Below are positions 27,191-39,505 of a stretch of 64,000 nucleotides of DNA, piece by piece. Under the pieces are notes generated by a model, which was not told the origin of the DNA, ran no database searches, and was given only the letters and a program-made list of their open reading frames with translations. Both the position numbers and the translations under genes were made by a program. Source of the stretch: Felis catus (taxonomy: Eukaryota); contig NC_058368.1 of NCBI RefSeq assembly GCF_018350175.1, forward strand, positions 160,086,001-160,150,000, in the 5' to 3' direction. Position 1 is the stretch's first letter. Every line of letters starts with the position of its first letter.

Positions 27191-27209
27191 TTGGCGCCCT
27201 CTTGTGGAG
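27191..27209 (-). promoter_or_regulatory. Candidate CTCF binding site
   Basis: Minus strand reads TCCACAAGAGGGCGCCA, a close match to the CTCF core CCAC(C/A)AG(G/A)GGGCGC, in non-repeat sequence. Confidence 0.55.
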
Positions 27210-28334
27210 AAATGCTCCTGGTGTGTGTCTTATTGGCACATCAGTTGTAGTTTGTTCAGGGGAATCTGAAAGGATGAATCATTTCTCCATTTATTTATGC
27301 AACATGATTTTAATGACTGAAACAATGTGAGTCATTTCTTGCTCAGTTATAGGATTGAGGAACTGAGATAAATTTCTATTAAAGCAAACATGAGACATTA
27401 AAAAAATTCTTGATAAAGCCATTAAATTGCATTTTGATTTGTTAGATGGGATCTTTTTATTCTCTCTTGTATTGATAATAATTAATTTCTGAAATACAAT
27501 GGATTAAGTTAGCTAATGGGGAGCCTGCCATTCAGCATTTATCCTCTCAAGTCTGGGGCCAGGATCTACCAGTATTGTCAGCAATTGTGTCCTTGCAGGA
27601 TGGCTCACCAGACACAACCCCATAATTCATCCCTGGTGCCCATTCCTTCCCTGGCCTCTTCCACATGTGTGCCTCCTTCAGTCTGTCCTCTGCTAACATG
27701 TTAATGTTCTTTCCTGAGGGCAGAGCACTGAGCACTTATCAGGAGCTGGAGTCTGAGTAGTGGTAGTGAGCTAACACAGTGCTTGGGTAACCCATACCTA
27801 GACCACACTAACTAGGAATAAAATTAGGTCCAAAGCATGTGGATGATTTCTCTCATTCTGTTTATACCTGCCTCTGTGGAAACTCCAGCTGCATCCAGGT
27901 ACCCCCATCCCAATTATTTCTGGAAGTTTCCGTAAGTGCTCATACTCAATTTCTTAGCCACCATACAGTGAAGCATTTTTCTTTCTTCACACCAGACCCT
28001 GGGGATGTTCAAGCTGCCTGATGTTGCCTATTAGTGTGGGTGTAAGATGCTGGAGGATGTGTGGCTATAAGGATTCCGCCTCTGTTATGTTGAGACCAGT
28101 TGAGGTCACTAGGGCTTTGCTCTGTGGATGGAAATGTCATGCACACTGCTGGTGTGCTAGAGATCTATTTATGTCAAGGCTTCACTCTGTACTTTGTACT
28201 GGCTTCATCTCCAAATAGGTAAAATTCCTACCTTTGTTTTATCATCTTCCACAAAGTTCGAAAGCAGTGCTGATTTGGGTGCCCAGTATTTCTCATACCT
28301 CTGAGCCAGGCAGCTATCCTGTATCTATGTTACA

Positions 28335-28497
28335 GGCCCCGCCCTTCATGCCTGGCCCTGGAGGAAGTGAAGGCAGAGGCCTCGGGAGGAAGAGGGGGCG
28401 GAGTCATGGGACAAGGTGAGGCACATTTGCCTATTAGTCCTCCTGCCACTCTTTACTCGGGACATTTTTATTAGAAGAAACAGTGAGTTTCACTTCT
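28335..28497. promoter_or_regulatory. Candidate promoter/enhancer motif cluster
   Basis: GC-boxes GGCCCCGCCC (28335-28344) and GGGGGCGGAGTC (28394-28405), ETS-type GAGGAAGTG (28361-28369), IRF-like AGTTTCACTTCT (28486-28497). Confidence 0.3.
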
Positions 28498-28985
28498 CTT
28501 TCTTTCTTTGCCTAAAAGCTCCCCCATTCCCAGGTTCTTTGTGGCTCTGATTCATTTGTTTGCCAGAAATGCTCAGACATGTCTGAGTCTAGGAAGAATG
28601 TAATTTAGGCTCCAGTGGGGTTCTCTGCATATTCATTAATGGTGACAAAAGTGATAGTGGATGGTGGTGCCAGGCTGTAGAAAAGGAACATCTTTAGATG
28701 GAAAGCACTGGCAGTGTTCATGCTTCTAAAATATTCTAGCAGTTGTGCTTGAGGGGAGACTACATCTCAGAAACTGCGTATAGTTTCAAAAGTTCTCGAA
28801 CATATCATTACAGCATGATACTAAAAATGAGACGTTCTCATATTATTCTATTTTATAAAGTACTTCCACCTTGTAGTGCATTCAGCAAACATTATACAGA
28901 TTATTGTAAAGCTTCTTGTTTACAGTTACTGAGGTTACAAGAAACCCAGTAGTCAAATGCCTTGATATGTAAGTAGGCATTTTTA

Positions 28986-29182
28986 TTTATTTTTATTTTT
29001 TTTTAAATATGAAATTTATTGTCCAATTGGTTTCCATACAACATCCAGTGTGCATCCCAACAGGTGCCCTCCTCAATACCCATCACCCACTTTCCCCTCC
29101 CCCCCACCCCTCATCAACCCTCAGTTTGTTCTCAGTATTTAAGAGTCTCTTATGTTTTGGCTCCCTCCCTCTCTAACCTCTT
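28986..29182 (-). mobile_element. 5'-truncated LINE-1 3' end (L1_Fc-like)
   Basis: Closely matches the 3' UTR of the L1 at 44337-44525; perfect 16-bp TSD TAAGTAGGCATTTTTA at 28970-28985 and 29183-29198. Confidence 0.93.
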
Positions 29183-30026
29183 TAAGTAGGCATTTTTAAA
29201 GGGAGATTGGCCTGACTAGCCAGAAATCTGCATAAAGACTTTTTGTTTCTTCTATTCTTCCAGGTAATTAAATCAAACTGGTTCTAGTACCACCTAATCT
29301 CTGCCAGTAGCATTTTGTGGTACAATAGTACAAACCCAGCTCCCCCTGATATTTACACTTAGGTAGACTTGAAGGCAGTGTTGTTGAGGGGAGGCAGCCT
29401 GCCTACTTTTGAATGTAGGTGCCCTCGCTTTCTAGCCAACTCGCCTTTGCAGTAATCTTTGCTTCCACTTAAGCCTGCATTTCCTCTAAGCCTCTATTTC
29501 CTGACATAGGGAATGCTAGTACCTACCTCATAGGCTGCAAGACTTTGCTGAGACGATTCATAAAAGCTAGGACAGTGTAGGCTATGCAGTAAAACTGTAA
29601 TTAGCTTTTGTTCTTACTGAAAGAAAACATACATTTTCTTACTGAAGTTTCGAATGCCAATGATTCCTCAGCAAAGCTGTTAGTAAAAGTGAGGGAACAA
29701 AAATTTAAATGAAAATTGTCTCACTAAAATAAAATGCCAAGCTTGACTCCTGAAAAATCAGATTTTTTTTTCAAAGGAAGATAAAATTCTGGGAAAGACA
29801 GATGGGCTGTGCTTCCTGAAGAACTTTATGAAAAGGAGTGTCTGGGGACAGCATGAAATAAGGTCATAAAGTGTCCTGGGTATGAATTTGCATCACCACC
29901 TACTTTGCTCTGTTTTATCTAGGCCAGCACAATGGGAAAAGTAGCCAGTAGCCACATGTGGCTGTTAATCACTTGGAATGTGGCTAATCTGAATTAAGAT
30001 GTGGTGTCAGTATAAAATATGCACCA

Positions 30027-30191
30027 GAGACTCTAGTTAATAATGCTGTATTGAATATTTGAAAGTTGCTAAGAGAGTAGATCTAACAGTACTCATTATA
30101 AGAAAAAAATTTTGTAACCCTGCGTGGTGATGGATCAAATCATGTTGTACACTTGAAACTAATGTTCCATGTCAATTATACCTCAATTAAA
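30027..30191 (+). mobile_element. Old LINE-1 3' end fragment (L1MA-like)
   Basis: TGAAAGTTGCTAAGAGAGTAGATCT...TGTCAATTATACCTCAATTAAAAAA; degenerate TSD AAAATA(TG/CA)CACCA at 30014-30026 and 30192-30204. Confidence 0.75.
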
Positions 30192-30206
30192 AAAATACAC
30201 ACCACA

Positions 30207-30352
30207 TTTTTTTAATGTTTATTTATTTATTTTGAGAGACAGAGAGAGAATGCGTGATCATGAGCAAGGGAGGGGTGGAGAGAGAGAGAGAGAGGGACCT
30301 GCGCTGAAATCAAGAATTGGACGCTTAGCCCACCGAAACACCCAGGTGTCCC
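30207..30352 (-). mobile_element. CanSINE with internal deletion
   Basis: Tail and (GA)n joined directly to the head portion GACCTGCGCTGAAATCAAG...CACCCAGGTGTCCC. Confidence 0.85.
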
Positions 30353-33300
30353 AAGATTTTGAAGATTTAGTATAAAAAGAGTTTAGTTTATTTGATATTA
30401 AAAAAATATTGATTACATGTCAAAACAATATTTTTGATGTTTCTTAAAGGAAATATGAAAGTTTATTTCACCTGTTTCTTTTTACTTTTCAAAATGTGAC
30501 TGCTAGAAACTTTACGATTCTAGATTTAGCTTCATTTAGATTGCTATAGGACAGTGCTATGATCCAGGCACATTTATGTCTTTTCTTGGCAACCCAGGGA
30601 TGCACAGAAAGGATACAACTTCTGGAAGAAATGAAGCAATGAAGAAGTTTATTTTTTTAATGTCAGACTATTCCCATTACATCTGTAAAATTTTTGTATA
30701 TATAGTACTGAACTCTAGTTTCAGATGTTAGGACTTTGAATCCAGGCACCGTTACTGAATATTTGTGTGATCTTGGACAAGTGTCTGATCATTCCGATTC
30801 CTAGTCCCTTTGTACTCCTTACCCCTATCAAGGTGGGGGGGGGTATGTCATTACTTAGGTCTACAGACTCAGTTGTACAAGACATAGACATTTATTTTTC
30901 CATAACTGAAATTAATTTCTATTGTGAATACCCATTCCATCTATTGCTGGAAACCATCTCAGTCCTTTCAGGGTTCACTTTTCCCATGAACAAAGTGTTT
31001 CCTTCCTTGCGGGTGCTACTTATATAAGCGGGGATGAACATGTGATTCTGGGTGTCATCGTCCATCCCCCTCTGATGTCAGCTGGGACGTTGTCCTCCAT
31101 GTCGGGTTTAATCATCAAGGTTGCCTATTTCCTCCTCATCCCAGCGGCAAGGCTCTTCAGGTAGCCTAGTTCTTTCTTCCATGTCCTTCCTTTTAAGGGT
31201 TTATGGAAAACAATCACCCAGTTGCAAAACCTACTTCAAAGGTGCATTAAGAGGAACAAAAAAGATGATCCATGTAAGGTGCTTAACACAATGTCTGATA
31301 CAAATTAAGTATCTAGTAAAGGTAATTATTATTGCTAATGTTGTTGATGCTGCTGCTCTTGTTCTCAGCCAGTGCACTTTGGGTTTCCAGACGTCTAGAT
31401 GCCAGAAAAATGGAGGGGTCGTTACCATTTCTTTTCCTACTTTTTTTCAGTAGTTGACAGTGAGGAGAGAAAATGGATACACTGGAGGGGAAACAAAAAC
31501 AAACAAACTAAAACATTGGTCTCTAATTACTCTTTGGTTCTGATCAAGAGATTAGTATCTAGGATTGGTGCTGGGAAGGCACGTGTGGATCCATATGAAA
31601 TTGGGAGAAGGCTGTTAGATCTAACTTTGGAAGGTACCATTTAATGATACAAATAAAAATGTCATAAATACTTATTAAACATTTCTGATAAGCTAGTAAT
31701 GGTGTGGAGGATACAGAAGAAGTGCTGGTCATAGTCTATGCATGTGAAGAACTTACAACTGGATAATAACATATGTTGCATCTTTAAAATGAGACATGGT
31801 GGAGGTTGGAAGGCTGACTGCTTCTACATGGTCTCATATAGTAACCATACTTTGGGGGGGATGTCAAAGCTCATAGTGAATACTAAAACTTCAGATAAAG
31901 AAACTCAATTTGTTAGTGAACTTCGAGCTAATAGAAACTCAGATGCTTACTCTTTCCCAAACTCAAAAGAAGCTAATGGATAATCAGAATGTTGATGTAT
32001 TAATGTACAGTAAGGGATATGCCTCTCAAGTGAGAAGAATTCTCATGTAAAACTTAATGACAGCTAATATCCACCAGAAGATAAAATGAGTCATTTTTTC
32101 TGTTTTCATTAATATTCATTTATTAATGCATTCATTTTGTCATCTGGTAGGTATTAGCTGACACTAAAGTTGTTTTACTTTAGATGTATAAAATAAATTC
32201 ATTGGCATTGAAAATATCATCCATTAATTACATTTTTTAATATAAATATTGGGAAAAGACTTCTAATATTAAGATTTTAGTAGTTAAAATATTTCAGATC
32301 ATCATGTGGGAAACCAGTGTTTTGTGAGAAGATGGCTTGAAAACCACTGGCATAGATTTTGAAGGCCTTATTATTTTGATGCTTCTCTTCTACACACTTG
32401 CATTATTAAAGGGTTAAGACTTGATCTGCTCTTTGAATGAAGTATTGGATTTGGATTAAGGTAAAGAAATGGGACATAGAAGCTGGGGAGAGAATTAAGT
32501 GTAGGAGGAAGATGTGCAGGCAGACCTTTACCAGAATGCAGAGGAGAGTCAGCTGGAGCCTGGTGGGGGAGTGTGTGCTGTTTGGAGGCCAGAATTGATA
32601 GGCAATATGACTTTACTGTACTGTATTAAATTCCACAGTGCTATGAAGAATATGATATTTGTTGGAGGAGACCTGAACTAAAAGGCTCGTAAATCTCTTA
32701 ACAAGAATCTTGGAATTTGAAGTGATAATTTCCACTTGGCATGGGTGCTGCAAAGATGCTTGCTGAGTGTAACATACCATTTAATAAAATTTATCTAAAG
32801 TTTTGCTACCCCCACGACCCCCATTTCCAAAATGTTGAATTTTGGGACCATAAAGGAAGCTTATTTTGTGTTTAACTTCTGTCAGCACTTGTTAAAAGTC
32901 ACTTTACAAGCAGTTCTTTGAAATACTGTTTAGAGAATCAGCTATTCTGAACTCTGATGTGAACTAGAAATGTGTCTGATTTTAAACCCTTTTTCCTCTC
33001 AAAGCTGTCTTTTTGATGATAATTTAATAGGCTCTTTGAGGCAAAAGGTAGGTAGCATATGTCACTAATACATCTAATGTAGAGTTATTATCAAATATTC
33101 TTGTTTCAATATTTCCTCCCCATCCCCTCTAAATCTCATTTAATAACATCAAATTGAGTTATAGAATATTAGAACTGTAAGGGATGATCTTGGGTCACGT
33201 AGCTGCAGTCTCTGTTTTTTGGAATTCTCTAAAGCATTGGAGGAAATACAATTCAAAGTACTCTGTTTTTTCTAGCTAATTCCTAGGGACTGGGCCAACC

Positions 33301-33548
33301 TCACAACCTAGCCAAAATAGCAGCATTCTGCTCTGTATCGACTGCCAATTTGTTTTTCTGACATCATGTGTATATGCAGCAAAACAAAATTTCTTTATCG
33401 GATCCCTTTTTTTGTTAATTTAGATACTCAGTTTCATAGAAGCTGTCCTTCCACAAATGAACAGATATGGTATAGGTAGATTTTCCCGCCCTGACTTAGG
33501 TAAATATATAGCAGTGAGAGTCTCCTATCTTTACTATGTGTTCAGCAG

Positions 33549-34028
33549 GTGATGGTTAATTGGATGTGTCCACTTGGCTGGGCCACAGTACCCAGATATT
33601 TGCTCAACACTAGTCTAGATGTTGCTGTGAAGTTATTTTATGATGAAGTTAGCATGTAAGCCAGTGGATGTTTAGTAAAGCAGATTATCCTCCATAATGT
33701 GGTTGGAGACCTGAAGAGAAAGAAGACGGACTTCCTTGAGGAAGGAGGCATTTTACCTGCGGTGTTTCTTCAGTCTTGAGCTGCAACACCAACCCTTCCC
33801 TGGGTCTCTTGTCTGCAGGCCTACACTGTCACAGACACAACCCTTAGAACTTGTGCTTGCTGGCCTCTGTGTTGCATGCATCAATTCCCTAAAATAATTT
33901 CCTTCTCTCTTTTTCAAGGTCTCTCTGTCTCTGTCTACACACACGCACACACACGCACGCACACACACACATACACACACACACACACCCTGTTGATTCT
34001 ATTTCTCTGGAGAACCCTGACTAATACA
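33549..34028 (+). mobile_element. MLT2-type (ERVL) solo LTR with internal (CA)n
   Basis: GTGATGGTTAATT...GTAAAGCAGATTATCCTCCATAATGTGG...CTGGAGAACCCTGACTAATACA termini. Confidence 0.85.
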
Positions 34029-34257
34029 GTCAGGATTAATGATCTACCTCTGGCCAAACTTCATCTATAACCCTGCATGTTAGAGTTTAAAGTGAAAGCA
34101 AGAGATTAGAGTCACATTTTATAGATGAGTGAATCAGTCTTCATGAGAAAAGAAAAGAAAAATGGAAATTCAAAAACAAGGAGGCATGATTTTATTATTG
34201 TCCAATAGCTAATCCCTCAAATAGAAGATCTCACTGTATCAGAGCTTAGTCACCTTT

Positions 34258-35000
34258 AGGAGCAGATCCAGGTTTGTGTGTATAGGTTGGGAAGCTTTCT
34301 TTCAGAGAATATGAAAGTATTACTGCTAAATTAGGTATGGGAGTGAATATTTATTTAGGTTGAGAACAGAATCACAACTTCCAAGAGTTTAAAGGCTAAC
34401 AGAAACTGTAAACATAACAAAATCCACAAAGAAAACATACTTTTAATTAATTAATTGCCTGATATACCAGCACCGTATGTAGTTTTTTGGAGTATGTTTT
34501 TATTATTACCACTTCAGAAAAGAAAGAATTTAGTCTGTAGATTTCAAACCCTGTTTCTTCTCCACTACCAGACTTCTGTGCCAGACACTGTTAGGTACAT
34601 TAATGTGGAGATAGGACCTTGACCTCTGCCTTCCTGGCACAATGCGTGTGTGTGCATAGTGTTTACTGGAAAGATGCATTTCTGAAACCTTTTCCTTTTG
34701 TGGAATAACTTAACTATAAATCAGTGAGACTGAACACCGTGTAAATATATCCCATAAAAATGCCCAAAATGACTTCCTGACTTAACTTTTCCTTATCAGA
34801 GTCTAAAAATGCACAGCTACTCCTGTGCCACCGTATACGAGGGGACATGTGATAGAGGGGAATTCACAATGGAAAGGGACACATACCCTAAGATATGCTA
34901 AAATATTCTCGTTTTGTAAATTTTATCAAAACAAAAACATGATTATGTGAACTGGGTAAACGAGAGGCCTCAAAGCATAAGCCTTTGGCTACCATAATTA
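34258..35000. mobile_element. Probable hAT-Tip100 (Zaphod-like) DNA transposon remnant
   Basis: GCAGATCCAGGTTTG...AAATTAGGTATGGGAGTGAATATTTATTTAG resembles the consensus from memory. Confidence 0.4.
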
Positions 35001-35842
35001 TGTGTAGAACATTCTTCTCTTTTCCTGCTTCTAAATAATTTTTCAAAGAATCACTTATTAATGTAAATTTATTAATATATTTTCGTGCTACTGGGATAAT
35101 GTGTGAAATTTTCCATAATTAACTGTAAATATTTATACTGTGAGTGTGGGAACTACACATGAATAGGAAATGAAATATCTTTAAATCATAAATTTGCAAT
35201 GAATATTTTAGAGCAGTATAATTGAATCTTGCTTATAATTATGGTAGACATACAATAATGGCTGTGTTTTTCTTTGAAATAGTTTTTTCTTTTTCACCCC
35301 TGGAAGGGCAGAGGAAAAGAACAAGAAAAAAGTGAAACAGGCTAGCTTTTATCAGGAGAGGCTGACTTCAGAAATAAAATATGTACTGGAGCCATTCACA
35401 GCTAGAACTGATTTCAAAATGAAATTACCATTGGCTTTCAAATGGAAATTTCAGGGAGAAGATGTTAATAAAAATGTAATGGTTATAATGGCAACTGTAA
35501 TGATGATGATGCTATGTGTGTGTTGTTAGAAGAGTGATTATCATAATCTCTGACACTTTTTTTAGTCCATAAAGAGGTAGATTAAAATTGGTACTTACAG
35601 AGATCATAATTTATTCACTTTTCCCTAGCTCATTAAAATGACTTTGCCATTATTTTGAAATTCTCATCGTATGATGGGGCCATGCACATATGGCACAGAC
35701 AATCAGACTGACAGGAACTTTTAGGCAGTTCCAATTCTGCTTTCATTATTCACAGGACTAAAGACTCTCTTTATAAAATCAGTTACTTGGCATTTTCTCA
35801 TTGATTCTGAAAGAGGTTTATGTATGAATATGCATAGGAATC

Positions 35843-36349
35843 TGTGGCTGGCTGGTATATTGGTGCTCCCCCCAGCCCCCAGGAAAAAAGACAACTATGC
35901 CTCTCAGTACTAATGCCCCTGTGTAGCCCCCTTCCATAGAACTATGGGCTTGACCATGTAACTTGCTGTGGTCAATGGACATCAGCAAACGTGACCCAAG
36001 CAAGTTTGTTGAGGGCTTGCGCTTAAGTTGTGCAACTTAAGTGGTCCTTTTGAAAAACTTCACCTTGGAACCCAGATATCATTCTACAGGGAAGTCTAGG
36101 CTATATTGCTACAGAGAGATGACATGGGGAATGGCCCTGGATGGGGAGACACAGCAAAGAGAGAAAGGCCACTTGGAAGAAAACCAAGGTCTCCCAGCCA
36201 GGTTTCCAGTTAACTCCATGAAAGACCTCCCCTGACACTACACGGAATAGAACCACCCAGTCAGTCCACAGAAATGGGACAGATAACACATTATTGTGGT
36301 TTTTAAGCTGGTAAGTTTTTGTTTGTAAAGCAGCAATAGATAAAGGAAA
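35843..36349 (+). mobile_element. MLT1-type (MLT1J-like) MaLR solo LTR
   Basis: CATGTAACTTGCTGTGGTCAATGG...TTTTAAGC...GCAGCAATAGATAA MLT1 motifs. Confidence 0.7.
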
Positions 36350-36889
36350 TGATTATAGAGAGATTTTTTAAAACCATTTCACTTGTATATGAAAGTCTGA
36401 AAATGATTTAAGTGAAATTAGAGTCTTATTAAGTTGAATGCCCATAAAATGATGTTTATTCAGCCATTTACATGTACAGCCTTATGATTTTGATAGCTAA
36501 TGTTTATTAATTACTTTCTGTATCTGTATATTAGTCATTAACATTTTATTTATTAAAATTATTAAATTTTACTAATTTATTATAATAAATTAACTTATTA
36601 TTAGTTAAAAAAATCTACACAATTGTATGTAGGTGCTGTATTTGTTCCCATCCTGTAGATGGGGAAAACAAGACTTAAAGACAGTAAATATATTGCCTAA
36701 AGTTATACAGGTACCTACAGTGTGTGGAAGATATAACAAAGAATTATAAAATGCAGTCTGTATGCAGTGGAATGTACAGTTTTTAGAAAGGTCTATATCC
36801 ATGAAATTATTGTAAGAAGAGATGACACTATTATATTAAACAGTGTGGTGCTAGTTAAAAGTGTTTTGAATCAGAATGACACCAGTTTA

Positions 36890-37086
36890 TTTTATTTTAT
36901 TTATTTATTTTTTCTGAGACAAATATCATTCTTTTTTTTTTTGAGCTTCTCCACATTTCACCATTTATTATTTTCAATTTACATTTGTTATAGCCATCCT
37001 AATTGGTATAAAGTGGTATCCAATTCTGGCCTTGACTTGCATTTTCCTAGTAGCTAATGTTAAAGTCCTTCTCATGTGCTTATTGG
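36890..37086 (-). mobile_element. Poly(A)-tailed retro-insertion carrying an ancient internal L1 ORF2 fragment
   Basis: 17-bp TSD AGAATGACACCAG(T/C)TTA at 36873-36889 and 37087-37103; T-rich tail; 36990-37086 aligns loosely with L1 ORF2 sequence near 23085-23190. Confidence 0.7.
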
Positions 37087-37103
37087 AGAATGACACCAGC
37101 TTA

Positions 37104-37285
37104 ATTTTTTTTTTCAACGTTTATTTATTTTCGGGACAGAGAGAGAGAGAGCATCGGAATCGGAAACAGGCTCCAGGCTCTGAGCCATCAGCCCAGAGCC
37201 TGACGCGGGGCTCGAACTCACGGACCGCGAGATCGTGACCTGGCTAAAGTCGGACGCTTAACCGACTGCGCCACCCAGGCGCCCC
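37104..37285 (-). mobile_element. Young CpG-rich CanSINE (SINEC_Fc-like), shortened (CT)n region
   Basis: CCGACTGCGCCACCCAGGCGCCCC head; TSD TGACACCAG(C/T)TTAA at 37091-37104 and 37286-37299. Confidence 0.95.
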
Positions 37286-39505
37286 TGACACCAGTTTAAA
37301 TGGTGGCTCTGCTCCCAGCTTTGTGACGTTAAACAACTTATTTAAACTCTCTGAGCCTCAGTTTTCTTATCAATCAGTTTAAAAATGTCTGTTCCATGGT
37401 TGTTGAGAGAGTAACCTGGGCCAAGGAGCCAGCTTATATCTAATTCTGTGGATTATTCTCATCTCCTCCCAAATCCATGTTCTGAGACATAACATGGGTG
37501 GTTTAAAATCAGACAATCAGGGAGTATTAATACTCCGAAAATATTAAAGCCCCATCAGCCAAAAACTTCCAGCCTGGAGTCTGACAAAACCTGATTTACC
37601 GACTCAACAGCATAGGAGTGCAGTGTCACCCTGACAAAAGGGAGGAGCCGGTGTCGGTCAGTGCTGGGTTCCTCACAGAGGATCCTGAGAAGTATCTACA
37701 GGAAGAGGAAGAGCTGATCCATTCTGGATTGGTTGCCGTTTCTGGGACAGGGTTATGAGAGGTAGGGATTAACTACGGGTTGTGTGCTGCCAGGAGGGTG
37801 GAAAGGTTTAACAACTGAGCCTACAGTTGGAAATAGCAAAGGGCATCTGGGAGAGTCACTGTTGAGAAAGTAGTCAGCACTCATCCAGGGGGTCATTATG
37901 ACGCTTGATGGCCACATAAAGAAACAGTTAGTCCTGTTCACTTTGCAGCCGGCTCTATGAGTCTGTCTTTCCAGCCTAATTAGCTGCAGGGCTGCTTTTT
38001 GTTCTTCCATCCAAGTTGATTCTGACTCTTAACTGTCTCAGAAAGTCTCTCAGAGATCAGCACACACTACAAATCAGGGTTTTAAATATTCTTTCCCGGA
38101 AACCCTGTTGTTGAACATTTACCAGCATATCACTACTTGTTTGTTTTCATATTTCTGTCTTTTCAGGACAGACTCCTCTTCTTTTAAGACTCAGTGGACA
38201 CATTTAAGTCCCATATGCGTAACTAATGTCTACAATCTTCCCTAGTTGTTTCTTAGAATCCCCAGGGAATGCCTATGTTTCTCAAATCCAGTGTTAAGTA
38301 CTTACCTTTGAATCACTTACCCATTCTAGGGTTTCTATGAAAACATGTGAAGATTCTGTCTGAACTGCCTGACTGAAAAATGCTTAGCAAAACATTTCTT
38401 CTCAGAACACAGGAAGACTTTCCTCTAGGAAAAAGAGAGTTCCATTCTCCACCTTAGTCTGTAAAAGTTTCTTAAAATCACTAAAAAAAAAAATCCAGAT
38501 TTTTTTTTGTTTTCATCAAATTGGCACAGTGACTATATAATATATATGACAATGGGAATGGTTGGGTTATGCTTGTTTGCTTTTGTCCAGAACTCCTTTA
38601 ATGGAGAAAACAAGTACATATTAGTCCACTGCTTAGGTAATGTTGATGGAGAAATGACCTTGCATGTACCCATCCAGTGTGTGTGTTCAAAGATGCAGGT
38701 GCAATTGTTAGGCAAAAGACAAGGATGCACTAGAGAACTTTTCAAGCATGAAGTTTCAAAATGTGGAATTATTTTTTTCTTCTACAGTATACATTTTGGA
38801 AGGAAAACAAGTTGTTTCCACAATGGACAGAAATTAAGGTAAGGAAGAATTATGACTCAGAATGAAAGATGCACTTGCTGACTTTGGAGTCAAAAGAGTT
38901 CTTAGAGAGCATCTTAAGCTTTTTGGTTGACAGACCTGCTTGACAGTCTGAAGCCATGGATCGTCTTCCCAGAAAATGCATATGTCTTAGTGTATGTACA
39001 CATATATACCACCATCACAAAATTTCAGTGTTCCTTGATCTCTTTGAGCCCATTAATAGATTCTAATAAGGGAAAAATCTGGATTCAGTCTGTTGACTTT
39101 CCTTCCCTTTATTTCTGAAGTTATCAAACCAAAGTGACACATTGAAGTAGTGGCAGATCTAGTAACAAGTAACAGATCAAATAACAACTCTTAGCTCATT
39201 AGGCTGCTGCCACCCATGTCTTCTCTCATCAACTTCTTTTCCCCCACCAGCCATGAGACAGCTAACATGGTAGATCCCAAGGCTTGTGACACGAAATAAT
39301 AAGCCATACAGTGTGGTGGTGGTTCAGGGCATAGGCTTTAGAGTTGGGCCAGCCTAGGCTCAAGGCCTGGCTTTGCTTCAAATTTTAATGATAGTTGAAA
39401 CTTCCTAAGCTTCAATTTTGTCATGGTAATATGGGGAAAATTACGGAATTGAAGAACTGATGTAAAGATTAAATGAGAATAGCATGTACAAAGTACTTAG
39501 TGCTT

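Larger units (their letters stand above)
29925..30558. mobile_element. MER33-like hAT DNA transposon interrupted by an L1 3' fragment and a SINE
   Basis: GTAGCCAGTAGCCACATGTGGCTG...TGGCTAATCTGAATTAAGATGTG start; resumes GATTTTGAAGATTTAGTA at about 30355 and ends GGACAGTGCT. Confidence 0.7.

Noticed and set aside
36022..36041. 20-bp palindrome CTTAAGTTG-TG-CAACTTAAG
   Set aside because: Short, inside an old LTR; at most a local fold-back mutation
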